From: Spirochaetia bacterium
Lineage (GTDB): Bacteria > Spirochaetota > Spirochaetia > UBA9216
Reading direction: 5' to 3'
Length of the DNA: 64,000 bases
NCBI GenBank assembly: GCA_965140585.1
Contig: OZ223268.1
Coordinates: 64,001-128,000 of the forward strand
A model generated the notes under the pieces. The model worked only from the letters and a program-made list of their open reading frames with translations. It was not told where the DNA came from and searched no databases. Shown here in pieces: positions 30,050 through 40,241 of this stretch. Both the position numbers and the translations under genes were made by a program. Position 1 is the stretch's first letter, and the number at the start of each line of letters is the position of its first letter.

Positions 30050-31021
30050 TTGAATATAATTGAAGTAGAAAATCTCAGTAAAAACTATGAAGATTTCAAG
30101 GCAGTTAAAGACATCAGTTTCACCGTCAGCAAGGGCGAAGTTTTCGGATTTCTCGGGCCTAATGGAGCCGGAAAAACCACGACTATAAACATGCTCACAG
30201 GACTGGCGCATCCTACAACCGGAAGAATAACTATTTCAGGTAAGGACGGGATAAAGAATATCAAAAAAGTTCAGAGGATAATTGGCATTGTACCGGATGA
30301 AAGCAACCTTTATGATGATATGAGCGGATTTGATAACCTGGTGTTCTGCGCATCGCTTTACGGCATAAAAAGACACGACAGGGAACAGAGAGCCCGGGAA
30401 CTGCTGAAGCAGTTTTCACTTGATGATACCGGCGACCGCCCCTTTAAAGCCTATTCCAAGGGAATGAAAAGAAAACTCACGATAGCGGCGGGCATAATCC
30501 ATAAACCTGAAATTCTCTTTCTTGATGAACCGACAACCGGTATTGATGTTGAAAGCGCAAGGCAAATTAGAATACTGATTAAAGAGCTTAATGCCTCCGG
30601 AACAACTATTTTTCTGACAACCCATTATATTGAGGATGCCGAAAGACTCTGCAACCGGATCGGGTTCATTGTCGGAGGAAAAGTCATTAAGGTAAGCGAA
30701 GTCGGGCAGCTGATGAGTGAGGCGCAGAAGGAGCATATAATTGAATTTAATTCTGCCGCCGAATTCCCGGAGATATCCGGAGCGCTTGAAAAGAGCTTTC
30801 CGGACATCAGTGTAAAAATTGTGAGTACAAGCAGTATACGTGTTATCAGCAGTGAGAAACAGGAACTGATGCCCTTTATGACATTCTTTGATGAGAGGAA
30901 GATCGGCATAAACGAAGCAAAAATAATCCGGCCATCGCTTGAAGAAGTCTTTGTTAAAATAACCGGAATTGAAATAGCAAAACTCAAAAAAGAAAAAGAA
31001 CGCGGAGGTAAAAATAAATGA
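30050..31021 (+). CDS. ABC-2 type exporter ATP-binding protein
   Basis: GPNGAGKTT, YSKGMK, LDEPTTG, TTHY, PSLEEVF. Confidence 0.92.
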   Translation: MNIIEVENLSKNYEDFKAVKDISFTVSKGEVFGFLGPNGAGKTTTINMLTGLAHPTTGRITISGKDGIKNIKKVQRIIGIVPDESNLYDDMSGFDNLVFCASLYGIKRHDREQRARELLKQFSLDDTGDRPFKAYSKGMKRKLTIAAGIIHKPEILFLDEPTTGIDVESARQIRILIKELNASGTTIFLTTHYIEDAERLCNRIGFIVGGKVIKVSEVGQLMSEAQKEHIIEFNSAAEFPEISGALEKSFPDISVKIVSTSSIRVISSEKQELMPFMTFFDERKIGINEAKIIRPSLEEVFVKITGIEIAKLKKEKERGGKNK

Positions 31022-31752
31022 CAGCATTGATGGCCTATCTCAGTATCCTTAGAAAGGATATGAAAAACTATTATCTCAAGCCGCCTAATATCAGCTGGGG
31101 AATCATATTCCCCATTTCCTGGACCTTGATGTTCTTCATGAAATCAAATAGTGACGTCAGCATTCGCGGGATTCTTCCGGGAGTTATGGCTGTCTCAATT
31201 CTTTTCGGTACAACCTCCATGCTGGCTGTGACAATAACCTTTGAACGCAGGAGCCGTTCCTTCGAGAGGCTCCTGCTTGCCCCTATAAGCCTGAACCTGC
31301 TTATGATGGCAAAAACAACGGGGGCAATACTCTTCGGTATACTCAACGCGTTTATTCCCGTTCTGCTGGCATCATTTCTGGTTGATCTTTCAGGAACACA
31401 GTGGGCGACAGTGCTGGCCGGGGTTGTTCTGATTGCGGTAACTTCTACCTTTCTGGGGCTTTTTATTGCTGTTTCGGTAAGCGAGGTATTTGAAGCGCAA
31501 ACCTTTTCCAACTTTTTCAGATTCCCGATGATGTTTCTATGCGGACTGTTCATTCCAGTTGCGAACCTGCCTTTCTTCCTGCGCCCGCTCTCATACATCC
31601 TGCCGCTGACATACGGTGAGGATCTGCTCAAAGGCGCAATTAATTCAGCGTCCGTGATTCCATCATGGATAAGCCTTGCGGTCCTTATTGTATTCAGCCT
31701 TCTGCTGTTCGGAATAAGTACGCATAATATAAAAAAGAAGTGGATCTACTGA
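31018..31752 (+). CDS. ABC-2 type exporter permease
   Basis: About 6 TM segments, ERLLLAPIS, PMMFLCGLFIP, PLTY; ATGA overlap with ATPase gene. Confidence 0.9.
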   Translation: MTALMAYLSILRKDMKNYYLKPPNISWGIIFPISWTLMFFMKSNSDVSIRGILPGVMAVSILFGTTSMLAVTITFERRSRSFERLLLAPISLNLLMMAKTTGAILFGILNAFIPVLLASFLVDLSGTQWATVLAGVVLIAVTSTFLGLFIAVSVSEVFEAQTFSNFFRFPMMFLCGLFIPVANLPFFLRPLSYILPLTYGEDLLKGAINSASVIPSWISLAVLIVFSLLLFGISTHNIKKKWIY

Positions 31753-31761
31753 AAAACCGGT

Positions 31762-33645
31762 TTATACCAGCTCATCCTCAGGAACAGCCAGACCGCTTAA
31801 TGTCTGCTTAAGCTCGTTTAAAGCATTAAAAACATCTTCGGCAGGGAGAGTCCCTGATTCATAATTCCTGGTACTAAGCCGCAGTTCCTCTTCAATTTCG
31901 GTAAGCTTCTTTTTACTAACAAGATTGGCAAGCATTCCCGGAACCGGTCTGCCGGCGGCAAGTGCGGCAGCAAGTCTGGCGGAAGAGATGGCGGAGACCG
32001 CCTGCTGTCCTGTTTTTTTAGGTATCTGCGCTATAATCTCTTCCCACGGAGTATTTGAGCTAAGCATATTGATTTCTGATTTAAAACGCTCATCGAGGGG
32101 CTTCTGCAGCTCATTGTAAAGAATATATGAAACCTTAAAAGGCATCAGAAGCTTATCTTCCTGTATGGCCCGGTAAATTCCCTTAAGGGCATCCTCGTTA
32201 CCCTGAATCATCTGCTCAAGATTTTCGGCGGCACCGGAACAGCTATCCCAGTCGGAATGTCTTGCCTGCGGAATATATCTTTTATAATCTTTTTTGTTAA
32301 ACAGTGCATCACGTCCGATAAAAGCCTTTTCAGGTCCATCAGGATAATAGCGGTAAAGAAAGAGCGACTGAAAATCATCAAGAGAACTGCCGCCTGCCAG
32401 AAAGTAATTCTGAACAAGCCGGGCCGCATTATTCAGATCAAGTACTGACAGCAGCATGGACAGGCTCAGGCTCTGCCTGCTGCCCTTATAAAAAGAATCA
32501 ATTCTTGAACCAAAAAGGCTTGAATTAACCGAAAGCAGGCCGGCAAGCCCGGAAACCTTGTGATTCTGCAGAGCCTTAACCTCCCAGTCTTTAAGTATCG
32601 ATGACAAATAGCCTGCAAAGAAGGATGAAGGAACAAAGATTCGTACCGGGATTTTTCTGTTTTCCCAGTTCACAGAAGCTGCCAATATGACAGAATCACC
32701 AATTTTGCCTGGAGAAGAAAGAAGCTTTCCACCGGCGCTGTCAAAGGAGGATAAAGAGCGTAAAAATGACGCCGATTTCTTCACCAGGGCAGAGAACAGG
32801 CTGTTAAAAAAGCCAAGAGTCTGCTTGTCGCGATTTTTGGATTCAACACTGTATGCGATTGAATAATTTTTTCCGCCGGAAGCCAACTGAAACTTGTACC
32901 AAATCATGTCTGCCGTTACACGCGATGCGGGATCCCCGGCTGCAATTATCCCCTCAAAAACTACCGAGACATCCTTCTTTCCTATATTTGCTTCGCGCGG
33001 CAGAAAGCAGCTTCCCGCTATAAACTCAAGCGGACTTTTCACTCTGAGCTTTAAATTAGTATCGTACAGCTCTGTGAATGCATCAGCTGTTACTTTTCTT
33101 CCGGACATCTTCTCCTGCAGGGTCTTTTTAAAGGCTGCATCGCTTTTCAGCAATATATCGATCGATTTTTTGAGTTCACTGTTGAGGCTGATATAAAAAG
33201 CAGCAGACCCGACACGGCAAAGATATATAGAAGATTCAGAAAGATTCCATAAAAGTTGATCACTGTGTTCACTGCTAAAAGGCTTCTGCACAGTAAAAGT
33301 GTTTCGCAGCTCTCCCTTTGCTTTGACCGAGCAGATAAAGGGAAGGTTTCCGGTAATAAAGTTGAGCAACCTCGTAACCGCATCCCCGGCAGTTTCACCG
33401 TCTCCGGGTCTATTGAACTTTCCAAATGACTTCAGGGCAGCCGACGGAAGAAAAACAGACATAACAGCGTTATCTGTTTCAGTATAAACATAGAGTACGC
33501 GGCCCGAACCTGCGGATTTTACATCCGCCTGAAATTTTTCAAAGGGCAGCACAGAGGCTGCCGCTTTAATTTCCTGACCGGCAATGGCCGTGAGGTTTTT
33601 AGAAATTGTATGTGAAAGAAATCCGTCAATAAAAGGCTGATTCAT
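31762..33645 (-). CDS. hypothetical protein with possible FliG-C-like C-terminus
   Basis: 627-aa ORF; C-terminal helical pattern resembles the FliG C-terminal domain. Confidence 0.6.
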   Translation of the reverse strand: MNQPFIDGFLSHTISKNLTAIAGQEIKAAASVLPFEKFQADVKSAGSGRVLYVYTETDNAVMSVFLPSAALKSFGKFNRPGDGETAGDAVTRLLNFITGNLPFICSVKAKGELRNTFTVQKPFSSEHSDQLLWNLSESSIYLCRVGSAAFYISLNSELKKSIDILLKSDAAFKKTLQEKMSGRKVTADAFTELYDTNLKLRVKSPLEFIAGSCFLPREANIGKKDVSVVFEGIIAAGDPASRVTADMIWYKFQLASGGKNYSIAYSVESKNRDKQTLGFFNSLFSALVKKSASFLRSLSSFDSAGGKLLSSPGKIGDSVILAASVNWENRKIPVRIFVPSSFFAGYLSSILKDWEVKALQNHKVSGLAGLLSVNSSLFGSRIDSFYKGSRQSLSLSMLLSVLDLNNAARLVQNYFLAGGSSLDDFQSLFLYRYYPDGPEKAFIGRDALFNKKDYKRYIPQARHSDWDSCSGAAENLEQMIQGNEDALKGIYRAIQEDKLLMPFKVSYILYNELQKPLDERFKSEINMLSSNTPWEEIIAQIPKKTGQQAVSAISSARLAAALAAGRPVPGMLANLVSKKKLTEIEEELRLSTRNYESGTLPAEDVFNALNELKQTLSGLAVPEDELV

Positions 33646-33701
33646 TGATTAAAGCTTAGATTCAATATCGATTTTTGTCAAATCAGCCTGAAAAAATTTT
33701 C

Positions 33702-35396
33702 TTATTTTGCCTTCTTCTGGCGCTTCAGCCTTTCCAGGATTCTAATCCCCTCACCCCAGGCAAGTTTATCATCTGCAAGTTCATAATGCATTCCTTCAAG
33801 AATCGTGACCTCAACTATGTTGTCAGCCTTATCAATGAGCTGACGGCATTCATCGCTGAGATTCAGCAGGTGAAGTTTCTTGCCCAGCTGTCCGTATTTT
33901 TCTGCAACAAAATTGACTGCCTCAAGTCCCGAATGATCATGAACGTGGGCATTGGCAAAATCAATTACAACATCAAGGGGGTCGCCCTGATAGTCAAAGA
34001 TATCCTTGAATGACTGAACCGAGCCGAAAAACAGGGCCCCGTCCAGGCTGTATATCTTTGCTCCGAACTGGTCTATAGCGGATGAGGCTTCCATCTTTTT
34101 GCCCTTCTTCCAGGCAAAGACCAGGGCTGATAATATGATACCGACGGCGACCGCCACTGCAAGATTTTCAACAACAGTAATCAGCGAAACCAGAATTATC
34201 ACCAGCGCATCCGATTTAGGAATACTCTTTATTACCCTGAAACTCGACCATTCGAATGTGCCTATTACAACCATGAACATGACTCCGACCAGAGCAGCCA
34301 GTGGAATCTGCTCAATCAGGACAGAACCGAAAAGAATAAACCCCAGAAGCCCCAGAGCCGCTGTAATTCCGGAAGTTCTTCCACGGCCTCCGGCACGGAT
34401 ATTGATAACACTCTGTCCAATCATTGCACAGCCGCCCATCCCTCCGAACAAGCTGTTAACGATATTGGCAATTCCCTGCCCCAGGCATTCTTGATTACCG
34501 AAACCGCGGGTTTCAGTCAGCTCATCAACCAGAGTAAGCGTCATAAGTGATTCAATTAAACCGACAGAAGCAGCCAGAACAGAAAAAGGCAGTATTGTCT
34601 TAAATGCCTGCCATGTGAGCGGTATTCGTGGCAGGCTGAACTTCGGAAGTCCTGCTGCAAGGCTTGTCCTTACAGGGCCTTCGGATGGAGCATTATCCCT
34701 TACAAAATCAAGCACTGTCCTGACTTCAATTCCGGATCTATTGAGTACAAATCCTATGAGGCTTACAACAACGAGGGCTGTGAGAGTAGCCGGAACAGCC
34801 TTTGTGAGTTTAGGCATGAAAAAACTTATCGACATAGTCATGGCAATTAAAATCCCCATAACCGTCCAGATAACCAGTTTTTCACGGCTGCTTTCAATAT
34901 GCCCCAGATGAAACATTTCAAACTGTGATCGGAAGATAACGATTGCAAGACCGTTAACAAAGCCAAGCATTACTGGATGCGGAACGAGCCTGATAAACTT
35001 ACCAAGCTTGAGCACTCCGAACAGGACCTGAATAACACCCATCAGCATAACAGCAGCAAACAGATATCCCAGTGCGGACTGCATAGCGGCATCAGTGCTG
35101 AGCCCCGCAGATACTGCAGCATCAATCTGCTGTGCAACCAGCGGAGCAAGAATAACAGCAACAGCACCTGTAGCGCCGGAGATCATCCCGGGACGTCCGC
35201 CAATAAGCGCTGTGACAAGGCCCATCATAAATGCGGCGTACAGCCCGATAATTGGGTCAATTTTCATAATAAATGCAAAGGCGATGGCTTCGGGCACGAG
35301 CGCCAGCGCGACAGTAAGTCCTGAAAGAATATCATTTTTCAGATTACGGGGTTTTGTAACCTGTATAGGAAAAAAGAGATTGTTTGAGTTTTTCAT
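33702..35396 (-). CDS. SulP-family anion transporter with STAS domain
   Basis: GLTVALALVPEAIAF, GGRPGMISGATGA, GGCAMIGQS, STAS (DGALFFGS, DHSG). Confidence 0.93.
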   Translation of the reverse strand: MKNSNNLFFPIQVTKPRNLKNDILSGLTVALALVPEAIAFAFIMKIDPIIGLYAAFMMGLVTALIGGRPGMISGATGAVAVILAPLVAQQIDAAVSAGLSTDAAMQSALGYLFAAVMLMGVIQVLFGVLKLGKFIRLVPHPVMLGFVNGLAIVIFRSQFEMFHLGHIESSREKLVIWTVMGILIAMTMSISFFMPKLTKAVPATLTALVVVSLIGFVLNRSGIEVRTVLDFVRDNAPSEGPVRTSLAAGLPKFSLPRIPLTWQAFKTILPFSVLAASVGLIESLMTLTLVDELTETRGFGNQECLGQGIANIVNSLFGGMGGCAMIGQSVINIRAGGRGRTSGITAALGLLGFILFGSVLIEQIPLAALVGVMFMVVIGTFEWSSFRVIKSIPKSDALVIILVSLITVVENLAVAVAVGIILSALVFAWKKGKKMEASSAIDQFGAKIYSLDGALFFGSVQSFKDIFDYQGDPLDVVIDFANAHVHDHSGLEAVNFVAEKYGQLGKKLHLLNLSDECRQLIDKADNIVEVTILEGMHYELADDKLAWGEGIRILERLKRQKKAK

Positions 35397-35519
35397 GTGG
35401 TAGAATAAATCCTTGGTTGGTAATAAATAACGAATCAAGAACTTAACAGATCAAAGAGTTTTATGCAATAGACAGTCTGAAAATCCAAATTTTCTTTCTT
35501 TATAACCTCAACCAATCTT

Positions 35520-36485
35520 TTAAGTTAAAAAATTATTTATTATAGCTGTAATAAAAACTATAAACCAGATAATAAGTATCAATCGAGAAATCTGAATCAT
35601 TATTATCGTTGTAGGTGATTTTTTTAATATCTTATCAAAGTCATCCTGTCTTGGCAGAACAACACGGGTTCCTTTATTTCTGAGCAGAATTCTTTCGATA
35701 TCCATTACTCTTTCTTTTCTATGATTCATATACTTCACACCGCTTTGCAGCGTGATAGTAAATAACAGGGACGAGACAGCACCCAGCCCTGATACCATCA
35801 ATAAGGGATAAAGCAAACTCCCGTTCGACAGTGTTGAAATAGTACTTAAAGCGACAAGTAATCCGCCGGAAATGTAGAATAAATTATTCAGTTTTGACCA
35901 GTTAAGTTTATCTTCATGCAGATACAGCTCAATTGCGGTATCGTACTGATGTTCAATTAATGATATGTCATAGTAGGATGAATCTGAAAATCTATAAATT
36001 AATCTTATTTTCCCATCTTCAGCTTCCACCTCCAGCACTTTTGCAAACTGCAGTTTGAGATGAAAATTAACAGAGGCTTCATTATATGGTTCTTTTACAA
36101 TAGCAACAAAAATCGGGATTTCAATCAGCTCCTTAAGGTACTCATAAAGCTGTGTAGCGACGCCCTTCCCTTTCATTTTACGGGACACACATATCTGCTT
36201 TATAATAAAAAAACTACCTTCTGAATATTCTATGATGCGTTTATTTACAGCCAACGACCTGTCAAGTTCACTATCCAAATATCCAAAAGCAAATGCACAG
36301 ACTTTTCCTCTTTTTTCAGTCACATAAAAATGCACATATTTTTTGAGCATATATATATAGTCACTTCGGGTAAATTCTGAAACTAAAAAACCTTCGTTAT
36401 CTAAAGCATCGTTCCGCAGTTTATTCTCTTCGGCAATTGAAATTATTGCATCAAGATCTGATATTTGAGCTTTTCGAATTCTCAT
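35520..36485 (-). CDS. GNAT acetyltransferase fused to a 3-TM membrane domain
   Basis: IRKA...D, QICVSRKMKGKGVATQLY acetyl-CoA motif A, NEASVNFH motif B; C-terminal hydrophobic helices; AT-rich. Confidence 0.75.
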   Translation of the reverse strand: MRIRKAQISDLDAIISIAEENKLRNDALDNEGFLVSEFTRSDYIYMLKKYVHFYVTEKRGKVCAFAFGYLDSELDRSLAVNKRIIEYSEGSFFIIKQICVSRKMKGKGVATQLYEYLKELIEIPIFVAIVKEPYNEASVNFHLKLQFAKVLEVEAEDGKIRLIYRFSDSSYYDISLIEHQYDTAIELYLHEDKLNWSKLNNLFYISGGLLVALSTISTLSNGSLLYPLLMVSGLGAVSSLLFTITLQSGVKYMNHRKERVMDIERILLRNKGTRVVLPRQDDFDKILKKSPTTIIMIQISRLILIIWFIVFITAIINNFLT

Positions 36486-36550
36486 TTTGATTTCCTTAAC
36501 TCTACAGCCTTTATCAATTCATACGAATTCCGCCGAACCCGTTCGGATGA

Positions 36551-38761
36551 TTATACTCCAACAGCCTCCGGTTTTGCAGCACCGTCTTTTGAACCGTTTA
36601 TCATAACTTCCTTTACCTCAGATGCGGTAGTGCATTTAAGAAGCTGACCGGCAATCCAATCCTTGCTTAATATTGCACCGACAGAGGAGAGAAACTGCAG
36701 ATGAGGGCCGGAGGCACTTTTAGGAGACAGGGTCATAATAAATATTCTGGAAGGCTCTCCGTCAAGAGACTTGAAATCAAGGCCGCCCTTCTTAAGGCCT
36801 ATAGCAACAATTAGCTCATCAACACCGTCGGACTTTCCGTGAGGCAGGGCAATGCCGTTCTGCATACCCGTACTCATTGAAGCCTCACGTTCCTTAACAG
36901 CGGCAAGGCAGTCATCATAATCATTTATCAGACCTTCGGTATGCATCAGCCCGAGCATTTCTTCAATAAGACTGTCCTTATCATCGCTTTCAAGCTCGAG
37001 TTTAATACAGTTCTCACGGATATTTTTAAAGTGATTATCCTGAACCCTGGTCTGCTGTTCCGAGGCCAGGCTTTTCATCCCTTCAATAAGTTGTTCAGGT
37101 CTCACAAGCTCCTTGATGCGGGTTACCGTTTCATTCAGTTCTAGCAGGGCCTCGTAAACAAGGCTCTTCACATAGTGAACATCTACAGGGTCTGAGACAA
37201 TTTCGATGCGCTCATCATAATTATGGAAAGTAAGGAAGATATCGTCACGGCGTACCTGGTTTATCTGATGGTCTTCCACACTGAACTCATGGATGTAGAA
37301 ATCCTCATCTCTAAGAAGCTGTATAATCCTGGCCGAGGCCATATGAGTCATCTCTCGTGAAGGAAAATCAAACACCGTGCTTACAGTAGAAGAACCTTTT
37401 TCTGAAGTACGTGTACCCAGCTTTCCGTTTTTAAGAAGTGATGAAAGCAGAGGCGGCGGAATTAATGTGGTGATCAGGGTCATGAATATCGCGACACCGA
37501 AATGACTGTGGGATAGAATCCCCGATGATATACCAATACCGGCAATAATCAGGGCAACCTCGCCTCTGGGAACCATCCCTACACCAATACGTGCAGCACC
37601 CCTAAGGTTGAAGTTGAGAAACAGTGCAGGGATGCCGCAGCCTATAAGCTTGGCAAGAATACCAAGAACCGAGAAAAGCAGGCCGTATAGCAGGACCTGG
37701 GGCTTCAGGACTTCCTGAACATTAACAAGCATACCCATTACACAGAAAAACACAGGAACAAAGAACTCCTGAATAGGGTGAATCTTCTCCTGAATAACGA
37801 AACTCAAATCTGTACGTGATAATGAAAGACCCATTACATAGGCCCCGATAATCATCGCAAGCCCGGCCTTCTCAAATATGCCGGACAGCAGAAGGGCAAG
37901 CCCCAGGCTCATAACGGCAATTGAGTTCTCGGTATGGAAAATCTTCAGAAATTTACCGATACGTCTGGCAAAAAGAAGTCCCAGAGCAGTAAAACCAAGC
38001 CACACACCCACGGCTTTCAGCGCGATAAAGCCAATAACGCTCCAGTGCACATGTCCGCCGCCCGCACCGGTCATTACGGTCACTATACCCACAACAATCG
38101 CGAGGATGATTATGCCGAGAACATCATCAATAACTGCCGCTGCAAGGATGGTCACACCCTCGGGAGAGTCCATCTTACGCTGTTCAGATAGTATACGGGC
38201 GGTGATTCCAACAGAGGTAGCCACCGATATTACGCCTAAAAACAGGTTAACCGGCGCAAGGAGTCCCTGACCGGTTAAGAATCCTCCCGCCCAGGCGCCG
38301 GCGAAAAAGGAAACAACTACCCCGCCTATTCCGATAATAGCGCCCTTAAGCGAGTAGCGCAGAAAGAGAGATATATCGGTCTCAAGACCCGAGTGAAACA
38401 ATAATATAATGGAGGCTATTGTGGATATACCATACAATTCAGGCGTCACAGAGAGGCTTCCGTTTACAATAGGGAAAAGGCCCTCATGAAAACCCGGCAG
38501 TGGAATTCCGCCAAGCAGATAGGGGCCGATTACTATTCCCATCAGAAGTTCACCGAGAACGGACGGCATATTGATTTTCTTCATAAGAAAACCGCCCAAC
38601 CTGGCTGCGAAGAGGATTACTCCGATTTCGAATACGAGTTCGGTCATTTTTTCGGTTAAAACTGATTCTTCATTTTCGGAGGCAAAGACAGGAACGGCTG
38701 AAACAAAAAGTATAATTATAAACAGAAAGACAAATTTCTTCACACCTGACGCATTATTCAT
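36551..38761 (-). CDS. CPA2 cation:proton antiporter fused to PTS EIIA(Ntr/Fru)-like domain
   Basis: ATSVGIT, AAVIDD, MVPRGEV; C-terminal ERE..MSTG..NGIALPHGK. Confidence 0.9.
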   Translation of the reverse strand: MNNASGVKKFVFLFIIILFVSAVPVFASENEESVLTEKMTELVFEIGVILFAARLGGFLMKKINMPSVLGELLMGIVIGPYLLGGIPLPGFHEGLFPIVNGSLSVTPELYGISTIASIILLFHSGLETDISLFLRYSLKGAIIGIGGVVVSFFAGAWAGGFLTGQGLLAPVNLFLGVISVATSVGITARILSEQRKMDSPEGVTILAAAVIDDVLGIIILAIVVGIVTVMTGAGGGHVHWSVIGFIALKAVGVWLGFTALGLLFARRIGKFLKIFHTENSIAVMSLGLALLLSGIFEKAGLAMIIGAYVMGLSLSRTDLSFVIQEKIHPIQEFFVPVFFCVMGMLVNVQEVLKPQVLLYGLLFSVLGILAKLIGCGIPALFLNFNLRGAARIGVGMVPRGEVALIIAGIGISSGILSHSHFGVAIFMTLITTLIPPPLLSSLLKNGKLGTRTSEKGSSTVSTVFDFPSREMTHMASARIIQLLRDEDFYIHEFSVEDHQINQVRRDDIFLTFHNYDERIEIVSDPVDVHYVKSLVYEALLELNETVTRIKELVRPEQLIEGMKSLASEQQTRVQDNHFKNIRENCIKLELESDDKDSLIEEMLGLMHTEGLINDYDDCLAAVKEREASMSTGMQNGIALPHGKSDGVDELIVAIGLKKGGLDFKSLDGEPSRIFIMTLSPKSASGPHLQFLSSVGAILSKDWIAGQLLKCTTASEVKEVMINGSKDGAAKPEAVGV

Positions 38762-38913
38762 TGTTAATCTCCCTCTCCAGCACACCAAATAAGCTGCAAT
38801 CAACATCATAACGCGTACTGCATTTCTGCATAATAATAGAAAATATCCGCTCAGTCTATTGCCGGCATGTCCTGACAGGGAGAAACAACAGTAAGATTTA
38901 AGAAATTATATAA

Positions 38914-38987
38914 CCACAGATATATATCACGCTATGCGGTCACATATACCACGGAGCAGCCGCAAAAGTGATGGGCACTGATATAAG
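38914..38987 (+). repeat. degenerate copy A of the GxxExxY-associated repeat
   Basis: ccacagatatat...tatgcggtcaca...gatgggcactgatataag; last 18 nt match 45039-45056 at 16/18. Confidence 0.6.
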
Positions 38988-39144
38988 TTAAAAGGTATTT
39001 TTTACGCAGATTTCGCCTGTGGCTTTATCTTTATCAGAACACAGAATGTTTTTTTATCAAACAAAGAGTCTAAGTTTCCGGTATGCCACTGTGAACTTTT
39101 TGTTATAAAGTTGTACCTATATATTTTTACTTCTGTAAACTTGT

Positions 39145-39184
39145 AATGAACTGTTTTCAGATTAAATACCAAAAACAGTTCATT
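39145..39184 (-). terminator. stem-loop downstream of ribF-like gene
   Basis: aatgaactgtttt...aaaacagttcatt inverted repeat. Confidence 0.45.
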
Positions 39185-39227
39185 GAAAAATTGAAATTGT
39201 AATTGCTAAAATTATTTTTAGACTCTA

Positions 39228-40118
39228 TTATAACTTATCCAGATATGCTCTTATTGAATCAATATCATGGTTGACCTGCTGTTTAACTTCTTCAATAGAG
39301 TTAAATTTTTTAACACCTCTTATAAATACATGAACCTCAAGACTTATGATCTTTCCATATAAATCACCTGAAAAATCAAGTAAAAATGCTTCAATAGTCA
39401 GGTAGTCATAATCATCTACAGAAGGGCGCTTACCTATATTAGTGAGTCCTTTAACAGCCTTTCCGTCAATGTCTGAAAGCGTGCCGTAGACACCGTCAGA
39501 AGGAAGCTGCTTCCATGGCTCAAACCCGATATTTGCAGTCGGCATGCCCACGGTACGCCCGAGAGCTTTTCCATGCATGACTTCACCCATTATCAGATAT
39601 GGATGCCCAAGCATCCTGTTAGCTTGCTCAAGAGAACCTTTGCTTAGCACATCGAGTATTCGTTCAGAGCTAATAGGTTTATTTTCAAACTCAACTGTAT
39701 CAACTTCTATTATTTTAAAACCATACTTTATAGAGCAAGATTGAATCCTCTTAATGTTGGGATCCTGCTTCCCTGCAACAATGATCTTTGCACTGGCAGT
39801 TTTACAAAGAAAATCATTGATAAAATTTTCGATATCTGTTCCATCAAATTTATTTTCTGCTGCAAAAGAAATAATCTCATCAAGACCAGAATCTTTGAGT
39901 AAGGTATATTTTTCAAGTTTTGTAGAAAGTATTTTTTGTTTCTCCATAATTTCATCTGGATATTCAAAACAAACTATTGCAGGTTTTAATTTATTCTTTT
40001 GAGCCAATTCTACAACTTTATTTATAACACTCATGTGGCCCTGATGAATTCCATCAAAATCACCAAAAGCAATACATCTATTTTCTGTGCAAATTTCTTT
40101 ATTATTCAAAATTCTCAT
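39228..40118 (-). CDS. ribF: RibF-like riboflavin kinase / FAD synthetase paralogue
   Basis: GDFDGIHQGH, GRTVGMPTAN, NIGKRPSV, IEAFLLDFSGDLYG; the GxDFxFG loop is absent. Confidence 0.8.
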   Translation of the reverse strand: MRILNNKEICTENRCIAFGDFDGIHQGHMSVINKVVELAQKNKLKPAIVCFEYPDEIMEKQKILSTKLEKYTLLKDSGLDEIISFAAENKFDGTDIENFINDFLCKTASAKIIVAGKQDPNIKRIQSCSIKYGFKIIEVDTVEFENKPISSERILDVLSKGSLEQANRMLGHPYLIMGEVMHGKALGRTVGMPTANIGFEPWKQLPSDGVYGTLSDIDGKAVKGLTNIGKRPSVDDYDYLTIEAFLLDFSGDLYGKIISLEVHVFIRGVKKFNSIEEVKQQVNHDIDSIRAYLDKL

Positions 40119-40241
40119 ATCAACTCTTTCAGATAAGATTTCAATTCTTTGGATTATAAAAACAGGAATTAACTCTGTTTGATATTGCAGGCAAATGCAA
40201 GGATTTCGAAGAACTCCAGCCCTTCGAAATCCATAAAAGTA

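Noticed and set aside
30416-31631. Long antisense ORFs (203 aa, 186 aa) and similar shadow ORFs across the window
   Set aside because: They overlap well-supported genes on the opposite strand and show no recognisable motifs
36551-38761. Antiporter-PTS EIIA fusion as a novel architecture
   Set aside because: This fusion is already known from spirochaetes and other bacteria
39228-40240. FMN riboswitch upstream of the ribF-like gene
   Set aside because: The intergenic region is about 120 bp and lacks the conserved RFN element sequences
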